From NCBI RefSeq assembly GCF_963921235.1, contig NC_086097.1, forward strand, positions 137,332,001-137,396,000: a stretch of 64,000 nucleotides of DNA, read 5' to 3'. Below the pieces are notes generated by a model that searched no databases, was not told the origin of the DNA, and saw only the letters and a list, made by a program, of their open reading frames with translations. Positions 37,391 through 49,984 of the stretch are shown in pieces; the first letter of the stretch is position 1, and each line of letters begins with the position of its first letter. This stretch comes from Mobula hypostoma. Its lineage: Eukaryota. Both the position numbers and the translations under genes were made by a program.

Positions 37391-38589
37391 TAGCTAGGGT
37401 AGAAAGTCAGGCATTAGAGGGCATAGCTTTAAGATGAGAGTGAAGGAAGTTTAAAGGAAAGTTGAGGCAAGTTTCTTTTTACACAAAGGAGGTGGTGGGT
37501 ACCTGAAAAGTGGCAGAAGTAGATTTAGCAGAAATAGTCAAGAGGCGTTTAGAGTGATACATCCACAGACAAACAGGGAATGGTGGGGGGGGGGGTATAT
37601 AAACCATGTGCAGACAGATAGGATTTGTTTAAATTGTTTTCATGACAAGCATATATATCATGGCAAAGGGCCTGTTTCTGTGCTGTACTGTTCTATTCCA
37701 ATGTAACTTATCGATAGTCACCAATCTCTGTATTTGTATCTAACCAGTACTTTTTGAATTGTACCATATATGTGGACATACAGACACTTTGGATTGCTAC
37801 TGTCACTAGCATTTCTCAATTCAAAAACAAATATTTGAAACTCCTCTGCTTTGCTCCAAAACAGCTAAACAGGATCTTTGTTCAATTGAATGTGCCTGCC
37901 AGAGGGGATTCTCATCCTACAAACACCAAATTTTGCCCACAATCCAATCCAAATCACGTGAAATTCCACAAAGAAAAATTGATTCTTTACAATTCTTTAG
38001 CAAAAAGAAGTCGGGCAGACACAAAGATGAGGGTTTTCTAGAATTTACGAAATATCGATTTATAAGTGCAGTGGCAGAAATACTATCTTTTTTAATTGCT
38101 AAAGTACCAGTGATGAAAACGTAGAAGATTATGATTTAGGAATTATTCTAACACTTGCACCTGCCCTTGCACCAGGAAACCAATCAGATACTGAGTGAAA
38201 AGGAGGGGCTGAACAAAAATAAACAATGTTTGTGACGAAATATGGAAAAGAGTTGACCTGCAGTGGATTTTTTTTTTGTAATGCATTCATTGCATTCATT
38301 CCATGCTAATATTTTCAGCATCCACTGCCACTAGGGTTTAAAAAAACAAAAAATCTTTAAATAGTGGAAATTCTGTTGTGTCAGTGCATGGCCACAGATG
38401 TTACAAGTTGAAGTCTCATTTTACTATGTTTCTGGTCTGAACCTTAGAAATCAATGAACAAGTTCTGTATTACCTTTCAGCTGAATGAAGACCATATAGT
38501 GGGGGAAGGAGTGGGGGGGGGGAGGTGGGAAGAGAGAGAAGAGTGTTTGTCAGTTTAGCATATTATTAGTTTTCAAGGCTCTAAACCCA

Positions 38590-40497
38590 AATCAGGAAAT
38601 TACAGGCCAGTGAGACTGACATCAGTAGTGGGAAAGTTAGTAGAAGGTATTCTAAGGGACCGGATTAGGGATAGTTAGCATGACTTTGTGAATTTTGTGC
38701 ATGGTAGGTCATGTATAACCAATCTTATAGAGTTTTGTGAGGACATTACCAGGAAAATTGAAGAAGGCAAGGCAGTGGATGTTGGCTAATTGGACTTTAG
38801 CAAGCCATTTAACAAGGTTCACATGGGAGATTGGTCAGGAAGGTTCAGTCGTTTGGCATTCAAGATGTGGTAGTAAGCTGGATGAGACATTGGCTTTACG
38901 GGGGAAGCCAGAGAGTGGTAGTAGATGGTTGCCTCTCTCACTGGAGGCCTGTGACTAGTGGTGTGCAGCAGGGATCAGTGCTGGGTCTGTTGTTGTTTGT
39001 TATCTGCTTCAATGATCTGGATGATAATGTGGTTAACTGGATCAGCAAATTGGCAGATGACACCAAGATTAGGGGAGTAGTGGACAGTGAGTAGTGAACC
39101 AGCTGGAAAAATGGGCTGAAAAATGTCTGCATTAAATTTCATCTGTAAAGTGCAATGTGTTGAACTTCAGTAGGACCAACCACAGTGTTACCCAGTAGTT
39201 CTTACACACTGAACATTCAGGCACTGAAGAGTGCAAAAGAACAAAGGGACCTGGGAATACAAGTCCATAAATCATTGCGAGTGGCATCACAGGTAGAAAG
39301 GATCATAAAGAAGGCTTTTAGCCTTCTGGCCTTCATAAATCAAAGTATTGAGTACAGCCAGAAAAAGCAGGATCTCCCAGTGGCCACCCATTTTAATTCC
39401 ACTCCTCATTCCCATTCTGATCTGTTAGTCCATGGCCTCCTCTACTCTCGTGATGAGGCCACTTTCAGGTTGGAAGTACGCCACCTTATACTCCGTCCTG
39501 GTAGCCTCCAATCCGATGGCACAAGCATCGATTTCTGGAACTTCCAGTAACGACCTCCCCACCATTTCCTATTTCCATTTCCCTCTCTCACTTTATCTCC
39601 TTACCTGCCTCTCTCCTTCCTCTGGTGCTCCTCCCCCTTTTCTTCCTTCCATGACCTTCTGTCCTCTCCTATCAGATTCCCCCCTCTCCAGCCCTGTATC
39701 TCTTTCACCAATCAACTTCTCAGCCCTTTACTTCACCCTCCCCCCCAGTTTCACCTATCACCTTGTGGCTCTTCCTCCACTGCTCCGAGTCATCCTTTTT
39801 CCCAGTCCTGATGAAGGGTCTCGCCCTGAAACGCCTACTTTTTACTCTTTTCCATAGATGCTGCCTGACCTGCTGAGTTCCTCCAGCATTTTGTGTGTGT
39901 TGCTTGGATTTCCAGCACCTGCAGAGCTTCCTTTGTTTATAGTGAGTACAGGAGGTGGGTTGTTATGCTGAAGTTGTATAAGATATTGGTGAGACCTAAC
40001 TTGGAGCATTGTGTGCAGATGTAAATAAAGTTGAAAGAGTACACAGAAAATTCACGAGGATGTTGCCGGGACTGGAGAACCTGAGATCTAAGGAAAGATG
40101 GAATAGGTTAGGACTATACTCCTTGGAACATAGGGGAGATTTGATAAGGTATACAAAATTATATGGTATAGAAAGGGTAAATGCAAGCAAGCTTTTTCCA
40201 CTGAGGGTGGGTGGGACTACAACTAGAGGTCATGGGTTAATAGTAAAAGGTGTGAAGTTTAAGGGGAACATGAGAGAAAACTTCTTCACTCAGAGGGCCA
40301 TTGAGAATGTGGAACGAACTGCCAGTGTAAGAGGTACATGACAGCTCAATTTCAACACTTAAGAGAAGTTTCGATGGGTATACAAATGGGAGGAGAATGG
40401 TCAGGGTGCAGGGTCGATGGGTACTAGGCAGTTTAAATGGTTTAGTACAGCCTAGCTAGGCAAAAGGGTCTGCTTCTGTGCTGTACTTTTCTATGAC
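38590..40497 (+). mobile_element. CR1 LINE remnant with nested Penelope fragment
   Basis: QQGSVLGLLLF, KLADDTK, RVHRKFTRMLPGL, TRGHGL, CR1 3' end. Confidence 0.9.
39358..39939 (+). mobile_element. 5'-truncated Penelope element (GIY-YIG C-terminus and terminal repeat; decayed hammerhead at about 39804-39839)
   Basis: QDLPVATHFNS...GSLQSDG; TSD tattgagtacag (39346-39357) / tagtgagtacag (39940-39951). Confidence 0.9.
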
Positions 40498-40609
40498 CAT
40501 CTCCCAGCAACAAAGTGTAAGGTCATCAGCAGCAGAGCACACATTTGTCCTTTTATTAATTACGTTCTAAGATTTAACCTTCGCATCTCCCATCTGTGAT
40601 GAGTTTTTT

Positions 40610-40992
40610 TTTGTTATTTTTGTGTGATTTTTGTTCGGGGCGGACTTGCTCTATGGTCCGAAGTTAACAAACGACACAGCTCTGTATTGAACTGAAATGA
40701 ACACCATGGCTTTCCTTGTTTCGTGGCTGTTTGTGGGAAGACAAATCTCAGGGTTGTATACTGCATACACCCTTTGATAATAAATGTACCTTGAACCTTT
40801 GAATCTAATAGTGGCATTTCATGTAGAGGTCAACTTCTATTATGGTCATTATCCCATTATGGATTTATTGATTCTATTATGGTTTGGTAATTTTCCTATT
40901 ATGAATTTATTGAGTGTACCCACAAGGAAATGAATCTTAGGGTTGTATATGGTGATATATATGTACTTTGATAATACGTTTACTTTGAACTT
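40610..40992 (+). mobile_element. Two tandem unclassified SINE-like tails
   Basis: aatctcagggttgtata...ttgataata...tgaac occurs twice (ending about 40805 and 40992). Confidence 0.55.
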
Positions 40993-41909
40993 ACCTCATG
41001 AAGCTCTTCCGACCTGGTAAATTATTCAGGTTTTGGTCTAACACAATCTAATACTTTCTATACTTGTATCTCCATTCAACAAAACTGCAGAAGTAAAACA
41101 GAAAACAAAAAAAAATTCAAATGGTGTTCAGTGCTGTTACATACAAAAAGCAGTAGCATACATTCAGCACTTAGTACACTTAGACTGCTTTAGACAGAGA
41201 ATAATTTCAAACATTTAAATTTTGACTCTACATTCTAAGATGTCACTGGCTCCTTCCTTACAAAGTTTGACGGTAAATATGTAAAGCTATTATAATAGTA
41301 GACATAAGAAAGACTGCAGATTCTGGAAATCTGGAGCAACCCAAAAAAAATTGCTGGAGGAACTCAGCAGATCAGGCAGCATCTATGGAGAGAAATGAAC
41401 AGTTGCTTTTTCAGGCCGAGACTATTACAAATGCGCAGAGCAAGGACAACTAAGGAGTAGTAGGATTAGACATTTTTACTAACTCATGTTAGCCATGGTA
41501 CATGCTGGGCAATGGGAATCAGAGCCTGATGAGACAAGAACTGCGTGCACTCGAAAAACCGTACAAAAAGAGAGCGCCAATCGATATCAAGTGGCAGACG
41601 CGCACATGCACACTTGCCACATTCTTGCAGCCGATCCATCACGGTTCACAGACCCTTCCTCAGGACTGGATAGAAAGAGGGCAGAAGCTAGAATAATAGG
41701 ATGGCAAGAGGGAGAGAAGCTGGTGGGTGATAGTGGATCCATGTGAGAAGGGGAAGTTAGGTAGTGTTCCCTTAATCTCAAATGATCTATCCCTTATTTT
41801 GGGACTTGTGAATCCTATTTCTAGGCACCACATCCAGGGGAATCATTCTTGCAGCCTCCAAACTGTCAGCCTGTCAAGCCCATCACCTCTCATATTTCTT
41901 AAACTCTGC

Positions 41910-42365
41910 AGGAGTGGGAAATTTCTACAGATGTACCATGGAGAACATTCTACTGATTGCATCACCAGCTGGTATGGAAGGGCTGCTGCGCAGGATCGGA
42001 AAAAAGCTGCAGAAAGCTGTAAACTCAACCAACTTCATCATGGCCACTAGCCTCCTCAGCATCAAGAAGCCCTTCAAGGAGTGATGCCACAAAAAGCAGC
42101 ACCCATCATTAAGGACCCCCATCACCCAGGACATGCCCTCCTCTCACTGCTACCATGGATAGGAACCTAAATACACACACTCAATGTTTCAGGAACACCT
42201 TCTTCCTCTCTGGCATCAGCTTTGTAAATGGACAATAAATCCATGAACACTACCTCACTAACTTCATTTTTTCTTTTTTCTCTCTTTTTGCACTGCTTAT
42301 TACAGCCATTACAAGATAGCAGATTCCACAATATATGCCAGTGATATTAATCTTGATTTTGATTG
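41910..42365 (+). mobile_element. Rex1/Babar-like LINE 3' fragment
   Basis: CITSWYG...IIKDPHHPGHALLSLLP...FRNTFF; ttgatt tail. Confidence 0.75.
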
Positions 42366-43163
42366 CAGATAATCTCTAGTTTACCATGGTAATTGAGCAG
42401 AGATTATCTTTGATTAATGAATTAATAACAATAATTATGGGTTTTTAAGGAAAAAGGTCGTCCTGTTGCTTATTTACATGTATTCACTATTTCATTATTC
42501 ATAAAAGTATAACAGAGACATTGAAGTAAAAGAAGTATTTTAGAAAACCTGTTGCAAATATTAATACTAACTTTTTAAAAAGACAATTGGAAAATAACAA
42601 TTTCTATTGTAACTGCTTACAGTCCAAATACTGATGTGTACGTCAGGTCTATGAGGATTTCAAAATGTATCATCCAATGCCACATGTTCTCTGGCTAGTG
42701 CTAAGCCAGCATGAGATGTTCCCTATGAAATCGTCTAATTGCTCTCAGGTTGTTAAAAAAACGTTCGCTGCTTTGTTTGCCAGTAAAGATAATCATTATG
42801 TATTTTTTAATATAATGGACAGGGTATAAAGAATTGAGGGGCAGCACGGCATGATGCGTGCTTACAAAGGTTTGGTATGTGCATTCTTGGGCATAAGTGC
42901 CCTAGGTTCACCATCCTAGTTAATCTCACCTCATATGGCAGAACTGCTATGAGTAATTAATTACATTCATTTACAGTTCAAAGGTAACATTAACTTCTAG
43001 CTTCTAGCATCACTCATTCCCACACCACCTCTGCTGACAAGACTACTTTTCAACCCCACCTCCTCCCTCTCCTTTCTATTCAACACCTCTCCAGTTTCAT
43101 TACCCACTCTCCTGCTCTACAACAACACCTAGCCACATCGGGCTCCGTTTTATTTTCTTAGAA

Positions 43164-44336
43164 CAGCGGTCCCCAACCACCAGGCCGCAAAGCATGCGCT
43201 ACCGGGCCGCGAGGAAACGATATGATTTGGCGATAGGAGTCAGCTGCACCTTTCCTCATTCCCTGTCACGCCCACTGTTGAGCTTGAACGCACGCGAGCT
43301 CATTACCCGCGCGTCGTCCATGTCAGTGCGGGAAGGAGTTCAACTCCTCGAGCTTGCAAATGACGGTGGGCTGAAAAGTATGTTTGACATAACATCTCTG
43401 CCAGCATTCTGGATCAAAGTCAAGGCTAAATATCCTGAGATAGCCACGAAAGCACCGAACACGTTGCTTCCATTTCCAACATACCTCTGCAGTGAATGCA
43501 ACTAAAACTAAATTGCGGAATAGACTGGACATAAGGAACCCCGTTCGAGTATCACTGTCTCCCATCACCCCTCGATGTTGCAGGGAAACAAGCCCAGGGC
43601 TCCCACTGATTCAGTGATATTGGCGTGTTGCAATGATTTTATATGTTCATACGGGGAAAATATGTGCTGTGTTTAATATCCAAACGTTACTTAAAATGTT
43701 ATGATGCTATTGACCTACTTATATAAACAAATAACAATTACAGCACGGAAACAGGCCATCTCGGCCCCTTCAGTCCGTGCTGAACTCTTACTCTCACCTA
43801 GTTCCACCGACCTGCACTCAGCCCATAACCCTCCATTCCTTTCCTGTCCATATACCTATCCAATTTTTCTTTAAATGATAATATTGAACCTGCTTCTGCC
43901 ACTTCTACTGGAAGTTCGTTCAACACTTACTTCAAGCTCCCCTGTCCTCCCCTGATAATTGACTTATCACTATATTCATGCAAGGAAAATATGTGCTGTG
44001 TGTTTAATATTAAATTCGTTAGATAAACGCTTTTAGAAACGAAATTGAATGTATTAGCCACTTATCACCTATATTCCGGTCGTGATTAACACCCCCCCCC
44101 AAACAGAATCGCCAAAAACGATTTGCAGAAAAAAAATCGGCAGGTACACACATGCGCACTGGTGCCCGCGCAAGGCTTCATGGTCATTGTAGTCTTTGTA
44201 GTCTTTCTCTGGGTAAACACAACGTATTTGACTGCTACTCTTGTCCGATGGCAACCCTACTCACCCCCCCCCCACCACACCGCGTTGGCCAGTCCGCAAG
44301 AATATTGTCAATATTAAACCGGTCCGCAGTCCCCCA
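43164..44336 (+). mobile_element. Non-autonomous hAT (Charlie/Buster) element with transposase dimerisation-domain remnant
   Basis: TIR cagcggtccccaacc; perfect 8-bp TSD tcttagaa (43156-43163 and 44337-44344); LLELANDGGLKSMF...FWIKVKAKYPEIA...LLPFPTYLC; 3' TIR damaged. Confidence 0.9.
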
Positions 44337-44389
44337 TCTTAGAACACATGAACATGTGGTACCTGGGTTTAAATAGAATGAAAGTGGGA

Positions 44390-44935
44390 GCAATAAACAA
44401 AATGCTGGAGGAACTCAGTGGAGCATCTGTGGAGCAAAATGGATAGCTGACATTTCAATGCTGAGACGCTTCATCCAGCCTAAACAACAGAGGGGAATTA
44501 GTCAGAATAAGGAGCGAGAGGAATGGTTGGAGAGAGGGCTGGTAAGCAATAGGCAGATCTTGGAGAAGGGGGCTGATAGACAAATTGAGGAGGGACGTGT
44601 GGAAATAGTGACAGGCTGATGGCTGATGGGTGGCGGCCACAAAGCGCAGCAAAACAATGGAATCTGATAGGAGAGGAAGGTGGAACATTGAATCAAATGG
44701 GAGATGAAGGGGCATATGTGAACAGTGGAGCGAGTTGTCCTCCAATTCCATCTGCCCAGCACCAACACACTCTTTCCATTCCAGTGGGAGGAAGGTGCGG
44801 GTGATGGGAAGATGGAACTGGAGGAGCTGGAGAAAGACACAGAATGATGGGGGCCAGTGGTGGGTGTAGGAGGAACTGGAATAGAGAAAAAAGGGAACAG
44901 ATGGAGAGCAGATTACCTGAAATTGGAAACAAAGT
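44390..44935 (-). mobile_element. Decayed Penelope terminal-repeat fragment
   Basis: aaatgctggaggaactcag terminus plus a purine-rich tract on the plus strand. Confidence 0.65.
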
Positions 44936-45299
44936 TGAGAATTACACTGCTCTCCCTGCACATACATTTGTGTAACCTATGGCACTAGAAGTGGTGAGCA
45001 AATAGTCAGAGAAAGACCATTATTTTCTAACCACAGAAGAGGTGATCAGTCCTCATACTCAAAGTAATTTGAGAAGGTTTGGTAACTGGGAAAGATTGAC
45101 ATTTCCCTATTCTGGTTTTAGGTATCAGGTGACAATTGTACAACAGTTCTTAAAGGTATTGCAAACTGACAACTTTAAGCCAATTTTCAATATCTGTAAT
45201 ATGTAACTTACTTTAAATAATATTTGTTCAGAGTACCTCTAGCAATAAGATAAACACAGAGGTATTTGTGAGAATTAATCACAGCACACCTAGAATGGT

Positions 45300-46688
45300 A
45301 CAACACAAGACACTGGAGAAACTCACATCAGGCAGCATCTATGGAGGGAAAGAGAGAGTCAATATTTCGGGTCAAGGCCATCATCAGGATTGGAAAGAGG
45401 AGAGATAGACACTATAAGAATGTGGAGGGAAGGGGTGGAGCAAGGACGGACTCACCTTAGGTGAATTCCAGTGAAAGGGTTATGGGCAAGGATGGGCAAG
45501 AATGGCAGGTGATAGCAGGAAGTGCCAAAGGGCTGAAGAAGATGAAATCTGATAGAAGAGGACAGTGGACCATAGAATAAAGGGGGGGGGGGGGAGTAGA
45601 GAGGAGAACTGGTGGCAGGAGTGTTGGGTGATGGACAGATTGAGAGAGTGGGGTTAAGTACAAATATGGTGAAATGGGCCAGTGGGAGAAGGGGAAAAAG
45701 GAGCAGAGGGGACTGGTTACCAGAAGTTGGAGAAATCAATGCCATCATGTTGGAGACTACTAAGGCAGAATTAAGAGGAGAGGTTGTTCCTCGAATATGT
45801 ATTGAGCCTCAACTTAGCAGTAGTGGAGGCTGCGGACAGACATGTCGGTGTGAGAATGGGAAGCAGCAGTAAAATGGCTGGCCGCTGGATGATCCTGGCT
45901 GGTACGCTGGACAGACTTAAGTGATCCTTCAATCTACATGAGGTTGCACCAACGCAAGGAGCACCACATGCAATAAATGATTGGCTGTCCGTTGTATCTG
46001 ACAATAACAGACAGATTTGTGCAATTCTTCTTTTAACTGATCCGAACCACAATAAATAATGCCAATGAATTCACAAGTGAAGGACTGCCTCACCGGGAAG
46101 GATTGTTTAGGGCCCTAAGTGGTGGCGAGGGCGGAGCTGTAGGGGCAGGTATAACACTTAGCATGGCTGCAGGGATAAGTGGCTGCAAAGAGAAGTGGGG
46201 AGGGACAGCAGACAAGAAGTCACGGAGAGAGCGGTCCCTGCGTGAAAGCAGAGAAGGGAGGGCAAGGGGAGGTTATGCATGTTGGTGGGATCCTGTGGGA
46301 AGTGGCAGAAGTTACGCAGAATGATATGCTAGTTGTGCAGGCGTAAGGGGTGAAAAGTAAGGACCAGGGGAACTCAATCCCTGTTACATTTGGTGGGAAA
46401 GAGGGGACAAGGGTAGATGTATGGGAAATAGAAAAAGTGTGGCTGAGGGCTCCATTGGTAGCAGGGGAGGAGCAAATCTGTTTTTTGAAAGAGAAGAGGA
46501 CATCTGGTATGTCCTGGAATAGAAAGCCTCATCATGAGAACAAAGGGAAGGGAGGACCAAGAAATGGCAGGTGATAGGTGCATCCAGGTGAAGGTAGGGG
46601 TGGGGGAGGGGGGTGTTGGAGAGTGGGAATGATGCAACAAGTTGGGAGGCGATAAATGGAAGTGACAAAGGTTGCAGAAGATGGAGAT
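45300..46688 (-). mobile_element. Decayed Penelope-like element (terminal repeat, GIY-YIG and RT C-terminus)
   Basis: CSHDEAFYSRT at about 46505-46540, similar to 50694-51488; decayed hammerhead at 45357-45392; inverted terminus at about 47250-47320. Confidence 0.8.
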
Positions 46689-47239
46689 AATGCTGAGCCT
46701 TTACAATACACTAGTCAGGCCGCACTTAGAATATTGTCATCCATATCTCAGATAGGACACGTTGTCATTCGAGAGAGTCCAAAGGAGGTTCACAAGGATG
46801 ATTGCGGGAAGGAAGGGGTTCACATATGAGGAGCGTTTGGTAGCTTTGGACCTGTACTCCCTAGAATTTAAAAGAACGTGGGGGGGGGGGGATCCCATCA
46901 AAACCTACTGAACATTGAAAGGTATCCAGAACTAGAGGACACAACCTCAAAATTGAGGGGTGACCCTTTAGAACAGAAGTAAGGAGGAATTTTTTTAGCC
47001 AGAGTAGTAATCTGTGGAATGCTCAGCCACAGGCTGCGGTGAAGGCCAAGTCCGTGCGTATATTTAAGGCGGAAGTTAATCATTTCCTGATCAGTCAGGG
47101 CATCAACGGATATGGCGAGAAGCTGAGAGGTGATAGACGTAAGTGACAAAGGCTGCAGAAGATGGAGAGTGGGAATGGCAGTGCAGACTTGATGGGCTGA
47201 ATGGCCTAATTCTGCTCCTGCTCCTATGTCTTATGGTCT
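46689..47239 (+). mobile_element. CR1 LINE 3' fragment inserted in the Penelope element
   Basis: LVRPHLEYC-like sequence; gtcttatggtct tail. Confidence 0.85.
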
Positions 47240-47669
47240 AATCTGATAAAGCTGGCCGAGTTCTTCCAGTATTTTGCCTGTTGCTCCAGATTTCCAGCAT
47301 CTGCAGTCTCTTGTGTTTACATCTAGAATGGCAGGTTTTCCTGGGATAATAATCTCACCTCAACAACTGGGGAATTAAGTAACATCTGGAATAAAATGCT
47401 ATTATTAGTAATGTTGACTATCAAACTACCATGTTTTCTTAAAAATCACTCAGCTCATAATGTTAACTGTTTAATGATTAATTATCTATTTAATAAGTAT
47501 CCATTGTTTGCATTGAACTACAGATTATTGTTAGATTATGTTTGTTTGTGCAGGCCTATTTCTAATGCTGGATGTCAATATCTCTTGCAGCCTTACCAGT
47601 GTTTGTTTGGCAACAGCAGACAGATTGGGCAGTGCTTTCATTTCCTTTCCAGTCTTTCAGTCATCAGGC

Positions 47670-49585
47670 AGCATCTCAGGAACCAACTAGAGAGCAGGCT
47701 ATTCTAGATTGGGTATTGAGCAATGAAGAAGGGTTAATTAGCAATCTTGTCGTGAGAGGCCCCTTGGGTAAGAGTGACCATAATATGGTGGAATTCTTCA
47801 TTAAGATGGAGAGTGACATAGTTAATTCAGAAACAAAGGTTCTGAACTTAAAGAGGGGTAACTTTGAAGGTATGAGACGTGAATTAGCTAAGATAGACTG
47901 GCAAATGACACTTAAAGGGTTGATGGTGGATATGCAATGGCAAGCATTTAAAGATCGCATGGATGAACTACAACAATTGTTCATCTAAGTTTGGCAAAAG
48001 AATAAATCAAGAAAGGTAGTGCACCCGTGGCTGACAAGGGAAATTAGGGATAGTATCAATTCCAAAGAAGAAGCATACAAATTAGGCAGAGAAAGTGGCT
48101 CACCTGAGGACTGGGAGAAACTCAGAGTTCAGCAGAGGAGGACAAAGGGCTTAATTAGGAAGAGGAAAAAAGATTATGAAAGAAAACTGGCAGGGAACAT
48201 AAAAACTGACTGTAAAAGCTTTTATAGATATGTGAAAAGAAAAAGATTGGTTAAGACAAATGTAGGTTCCCTACAGACAGAAATAGGTGAATTGATTATG
48301 GGGAGCAAGGACATGGTAGACCAATTGAATAATTACTTTGGTTCTGTCTTCACTAAGGAGGACATAAATAATCTTCCAGAAATAGTAGGGGACAGAGGGT
48401 CCAGTGAGATGGAGGAACTGAGGGAAATACATGTTAGTAGGGAAGTGGTGTTAGGTAAATTGAAGGGATTAAAGGCAGATAAATCCCCAGGGCCAGATGG
48501 TCTGCATCCCAGAGTGCTTAAGGAAGTAGCCCAAGAAATAGTGGATGCATTAGAGATAATTTTTCAAAACTCTTTAGATTCTGGACTAGTTCCTGAGGAT
48601 TGGAGGGTGGCTAATGTAACCCCACTTTTTAAAAAAGGAGGGAGAGAGAAACCAGGGAATTATAGACCGGTTAGCCTAACATCGGTGGTGGGAAAACTGC
48701 TAGAGTCAGTTATCAAAGATGTGATAACAGCACATTTGGAAAGCGGTGAAATCATCGGACAAAGTCAGCATTGATTTGTGAAAGGAAAATCATGTCTGGG
48801 GAATCTCATAGAATTTTTTGAGGATGTAACTAGTAGAGTGGATAGGGGAGAACCAGTGGATGTGGTATATTTGGATTTTCAAAAGGCTTTTGACAAGGTC
48901 CCACACAGGAGATTAGTGTGCAAACTTAAAGCACACGGTATTGGGGGTAAGGTATTGATGTGGATACAGAATTGGTTGGCAGACAGGAAGCAAAGAGTGG
49001 GAATAAACGGGACCTTTTCAGAATGGCAGGCAGTGACTAGTGGGGTACCGCAAGGCTCAGTGCTGGGACCCCAGTTGTTTACAATATATATTAATAACTT
49101 GGATGAGGGAATTAAATGCAGCATCTCCAAGTTTGCGGATGACACGAAGCTGGGCGGCAGTGTTAGCTGTGAGGAGGATACTAAGAGGATGCAGGGTGAC
49201 TTGAATAGGTTAGGTGAGTGGGCAAATTCATGGCAGGTGCAATTTAATGTGGATAAATGTGAAGTTATCCACTTTGGTGGCAAAAACAGGTAAACAGGTT
49301 ATTATCTGAATGGTGGCCAATTAGGAAAAGGGGAGGTGCAACGAGACCTGGGTGTCATTATACACCAGCCATTGAAAGTGGGCATGCAGGTACAGCAGGC
49401 AGTGAAAAAGGCGAATGGTATGCTGGCATTCATAGCAAGAGGATTCGAGTACAGGAGCAGGGAGGTACTACTGCAGTTGTACAAGGCCTTGGTGAGACCA
49501 CACCTGGAGTATTGTGTGCAGTTTTGGTCCCCTAATCTGAGGAAAGACATCCTTGCCATAGAGGGAGTACAAAGAAGGTTCACCA
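47670..49585 (+). mobile_element. CR1 LINE ORF2 fragment (endonuclease end and RT), 3' end missing
   Basis: EPTREQAILD, GKSDHN, KSPGPDGLHP, YLDFQKAFDKVPH, KFADDTK; same subfamily as 1615-3391. Confidence 0.95.
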
Positions 49586-49984
49586 GTAGACCAGTAGACC
49601 AAAAACAAATCAGAATGCTATTCAGATAGTTAAAAACTAGAATCAGATTTAATATCACTGGTACATCTTGTGGAATTTGTTGTTTTGTGGCAGCAGTACA
49701 CTGCAATACAAAATAATAAAAAGCTATAAATTACATTGAGCATATATTTTAAAGAATAAATTAACTAAGTAGTGCAAAAGGAGAGGAAAAAGTAGTGAGC
49801 TCGTGTTCATGGATTCATCATCCTTTCAGAAATCTGTTCAATTTGTTAAAATATTGGTCCCATCAGCTTCACTGTGTTCATTTTTGACCAATGCAAGTTA
49901 TAAAGTTGCATTGGCCTCAGGGGCAAGCAAATTGTTGCACTGAAGATTCACCAGCAGACATGACTAAAAGTGTTAAATTATAAA

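Larger units (their letters stand above)
35380..37700 (+). mobile_element. Decayed CR1 LINE hosting several nested insertions
   Basis: gataaatcccctg, aaagctttcgataaggtccctcatgg, cctcagggatcagtgctgggacc, 3' end gggcctgtttctgtgctgtactgttcta. Confidence 0.85.

Noticed and set aside
38470..38545. Possible minus-strand micro-exon or G-quadruplex
   Set aside because: It would be only 7 nt, and G-runs are common here; no independent support.
43194..43505. ZBED5/SCAND3-like domesticated gene
   Set aside because: Short transposase remnant inside a TIR/TSD-bounded element that has a second copy at 55066.
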